From positions 1,030 through 65,029 of the forward strand of contig DASUZL010000015.1 in assembly GCA_036376895.1 (NCBI GenBank): a DNA stretch of 64,000 nucleotides, in the 5' to 3' direction. The stretch is from Solirubrobacterales bacterium. GTDB taxonomy: Bacteria > Actinomycetota > Thermoleophilia > Solirubrobacterales > 70-9. Position numbers and translations under genes: made by a program. Below, one piece after another: positions 62,206 through 64,000 of this stretch (the first letter of the stretch is position 1; each line of letters starts with the position of its first letter). Under the pieces are notes generated by a model that ran no database searches, was not told the origin of the DNA, and was given only the letters and a program-made list of their open reading frames with translations.

Positions 62206-63075
62206 ATGACCCTGCTGGTGATCGGGCTGATGCTCGTCGTGATCGCGCTGACCATCAGCCTCCTGCGCCTGCGACAGCGGCTGACCCCGCTGGAGCGGCT
62301 GATCGAGGACATGGAGAAGGTCGACCTGAGCCGGCCGGGGCCGTTGCTGCCGGCCTCGATCGACGGCGTCGGCCAGACCGAGGAGGTGGAGCGGATCGAG
62401 CTCGCCTTCCTGCGGATGATGCGGCGCCTGGAAGCCGAGCGCCGGCGCGCCGGCTCGGCGGCGCTGCGAGCCCAGGAGGAGGAGCGGACCCGGGTCGCCC
62501 GCGACCTCCACGACGAGGTCAACCAGTCGCTGACCGGGCTCTTGCTGCGGCTGGAGGCGGTGCGCGAGGCGGCGCCGCCAGAGCTGGAGCAGGAGCTGGC
62601 CGAGACCAAGTCGCTGGCCAACCAGGCGATGCGAGAGCTGCTCTCCCTCGCCCGCCAGCTCCGCCCCACCGCGCTCGACGACCTCGGGCTCACCGCCGCG
62701 GTCGGCGGCCAGGTCGAGCAGGTCGGCCGCGGCGAGATCGAGGCCGACTTCGCGGTCGAGGGCGACTTCTCCGACCTCTCCGACGACGACCAGCTTGTTG
62801 TCTACCGTGTCGCCCAGGAGGCGCTCTCCAACGCCGCCCGCCACAGCGGCGCCGATCGGGTCGAGGTGCGGATGCACCGCCGCGAGGACGGGGGCGTCGC
62901 GCTCGAGGTCGCCGACGATGGCCGCGGCTTCGCCTTCGACGAGTCCGAGGGCGGCCTCGGCATCGGCGGCATGCGCGAGCGGGCGCTGCTGGTCGGCGGC
63001 GAGCTGACGATCGAGTCCCGCCCCGGCCGCGGCACCACGGTGCGGCTGACCCTGCCGGGAGAATCGAAGCGATGA
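62206..63075 (+). CDS. sensor histidine kinase (HisKA_3 / NarL-partner type)
   Basis: 289 aa with one N-terminal TM helix, the H-box EEERTRVARDLHDEVNQSL, and the ATPase blocks EALSNAARHS...DDGRGF...GGLGIGGMRERA. Confidence 0.85.
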   Translation: MTLLVIGLMLVVIALTISLLRLRQRLTPLERLIEDMEKVDLSRPGPLLPASIDGVGQTEEVERIELAFLRMMRRLEAERRRAGSAALRAQEEERTRVARDLHDEVNQSLTGLLLRLEAVREAAPPELEQELAETKSLANQAMRELLSLARQLRPTALDDLGLTAAVGGQVEQVGRGEIEADFAVEGDFSDLSDDDQLVVYRVAQEALSNAARHSGADRVEVRMHRREDGGVALEVADDGRGFAFDESEGGLGIGGMRERALLVGGELTIESRPGRGTTVRLTLPGESKR

Positions 63076-63701
63076 GGGTCCTGATCGCCGACGACCACGG
63101 CATCGTCCGCTCCGGGATCCGGCTGCTGCTGGAGCGCCAGCCCGACCTCGAGGTCGTGGCCGAGGCCGCCGACGGAGCCGAGGCGCGCGACCTGGCGGTG
63201 CGGGAGCGGCCCGACCTGGCGATCCTCGACGTGAAAATGCCGAAGCTGACCGGGCTGCAGGCGACGCGGGAGATCAAGAAGCAGGCGCCGGAGACCGCGG
63301 TCCTGATCCTCTCCATGCACGACGACGAGCGCTACCTGTTCGAGGCGCTGAAAGCCGGCGCCTCCGGTTACGTGCTGAAGGCACAGGCCGACACCGACCT
63401 GCTGGCGGCGATCCGCGCGGTCGAGCGCGGCGAGCCGTTCCTCACCCCGGAGGCGCAGCGGACGCTGATCAAGGACGTGCTCGAGCGCGGCTCCAGCGGC
63501 GAAGAGGAGCTGACCCCGCGCGAGGAGGAGATCGTCAAGCTGGTCGCCGAGGCGAACACGACCAAGCAGATCGCCGAGGTCCTCCACCTCTCCGAGAAGA
63601 CGGTCGAGAACCACCGCGCCAACGCGATGCGCAAGCTGGGGATGCGCGACCGGGTCGAGCTGGTCCGCTACGCGATCCGCCGCGGGCTGATCGAGCCCTG
63701 A
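63072..63701 (+). CDS. response regulator, NarL/LuxR family
   Basis: The ATG at 63072 overlaps the kinase stop (ATGA). Receiver domain: MRVLIADDH...DLAILDVKMPKL. C-terminal LuxR HTH: LTPREEEIVKLVAEANTTKQIAEVLHLSEKTVENHR. Confidence 0.92.
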   Translation: MRVLIADDHGIVRSGIRLLLERQPDLEVVAEAADGAEARDLAVRERPDLAILDVKMPKLTGLQATREIKKQAPETAVLILSMHDDERYLFEALKAGASGYVLKAQADTDLLAAIRAVERGEPFLTPEAQRTLIKDVLERGSSGEEELTPREEEIVKLVAEANTTKQIAEVLHLSEKTVENHRANAMRKLGMRDRVELVRYAIRRGLIEP

Positions 63702-63748
63702 GCGCTCGGAACGGCATAACCGACCGCTTCGGTAGGATTTAGGCGGAG

Positions 63749-64000
63749 ATGTTGTTCTCGACCAAAGCCGAGTACGGAGTGCGCCTGATGGTGGAGCTGG
63801 GACGCCAGCCCGGATCGGCGCCAATCTCGCTTTCGAGCGTGGCCGAAGCGGAGAACCTGCCGCTCTCCTATCTCGAGCACCTGGTCGCGAAACTGCGCAA
63901 GGCGGATCTCGTCACCTCCACCCGCGGCGCCCACGGCGGCTACCGGCTGGCCAAACCGGCCGACCAGATCACGATGGACGCGGTGGTCGAGGCGCTGGAA
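63749..64000 (+). CDS. Rrf2 family transcriptional regulator (5' part, continues past the right edge)
   Basis: Own translation from the ATG at 63749, with AGGCGGAG upstream: MLFSTKAEYGVRLMVELGRQPGSAPISLSSVAEAENLPLSYLEHLVAKLRKADLVTSTRGAHGGYRLAKP... Confidence 0.85.
   Translation, partial: MLFSTKAEYGVRLMVELGRQPGSAPISLSSVAEAENLPLSYLEHLVAKLRKADLVTSTRGAHGGYRLAKPADQITMDAVVEALE

Noticed and set aside
1-64000. tRNA, rRNA, tmRNA or CRISPR loci
   Set aside because: All intergenic gaps except 25638..25980 are shorter than 235 nt. None contains tRNA hallmarks such as GGTTCGAAT-type T-loops with a matching acceptor stem, or repeat-spacer structure.

Overview
64-kb, very GC-rich bacterial chromosome segment with strong G/C third-codon bias. 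Gene content looks like Actinomycetota: a CysO/Mec/CysM sulfur-carrier cysteine pathway, a GuaB3-type IMPDH paralog, type-2 PyrF, and a ydaO-class riboswitch in front of a cell-wall hydrolase. The taxon cannot be confirmed from the sequence alone. I support about 70 protein genes. They are densely packed and often translationally coupled through ATGA/GTGA/TGATG overlaps. Most are housekeeping genes: ctaCD, infA, cca, alr, nnr, acpS, glmS, glmM, rplM-rpsI, guaA, pyrF, hup, tldD/pmbA, rph-rdgB, nadB and htpX. Transport and catabolic modules are interspersed: an amidase/ABC-2 exporter/GH63 operon, a Zur-linked metal importer, a glutaryl-CoA module, hydantoinase A/B, and a polar amino-acid importer. 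By eye I found no rRNA, tRNA, CRISPR array, transposase or integrase. There is no large accessory island, only two visibly lower-GC single-gene insertions, a Fic gene and a haem peroxidase. The most interesting signals are: (1) a four-component CysO-type sulfur-carrier pathway split into two minus-strand units around an amino-acid ABC importer, where both units are preceded by the same 24-nt promoter-like motif, the carrier ends GG-AA, and the E1 enzyme carries its rhodanese domain at the N-terminus; (2) a cyclic-di-AMP (ydaO) riboswitch with an internal anti-SD in front of an M23 peptidase; (3) an in-frame permease::substrate-binding-protein fusion in a Zur-linked metal ABC importer; (4) ribosomal protein S9 with a roughly 170-aa acidic low-complexity N-terminal extension; (5) a class II Fic gene with a repeated GATCTTT operator-like array inserted into the conserved glmS-acpS-nnr-alr cluster. 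All family assignments come from reading motifs in the supplied translations. No database search was run.
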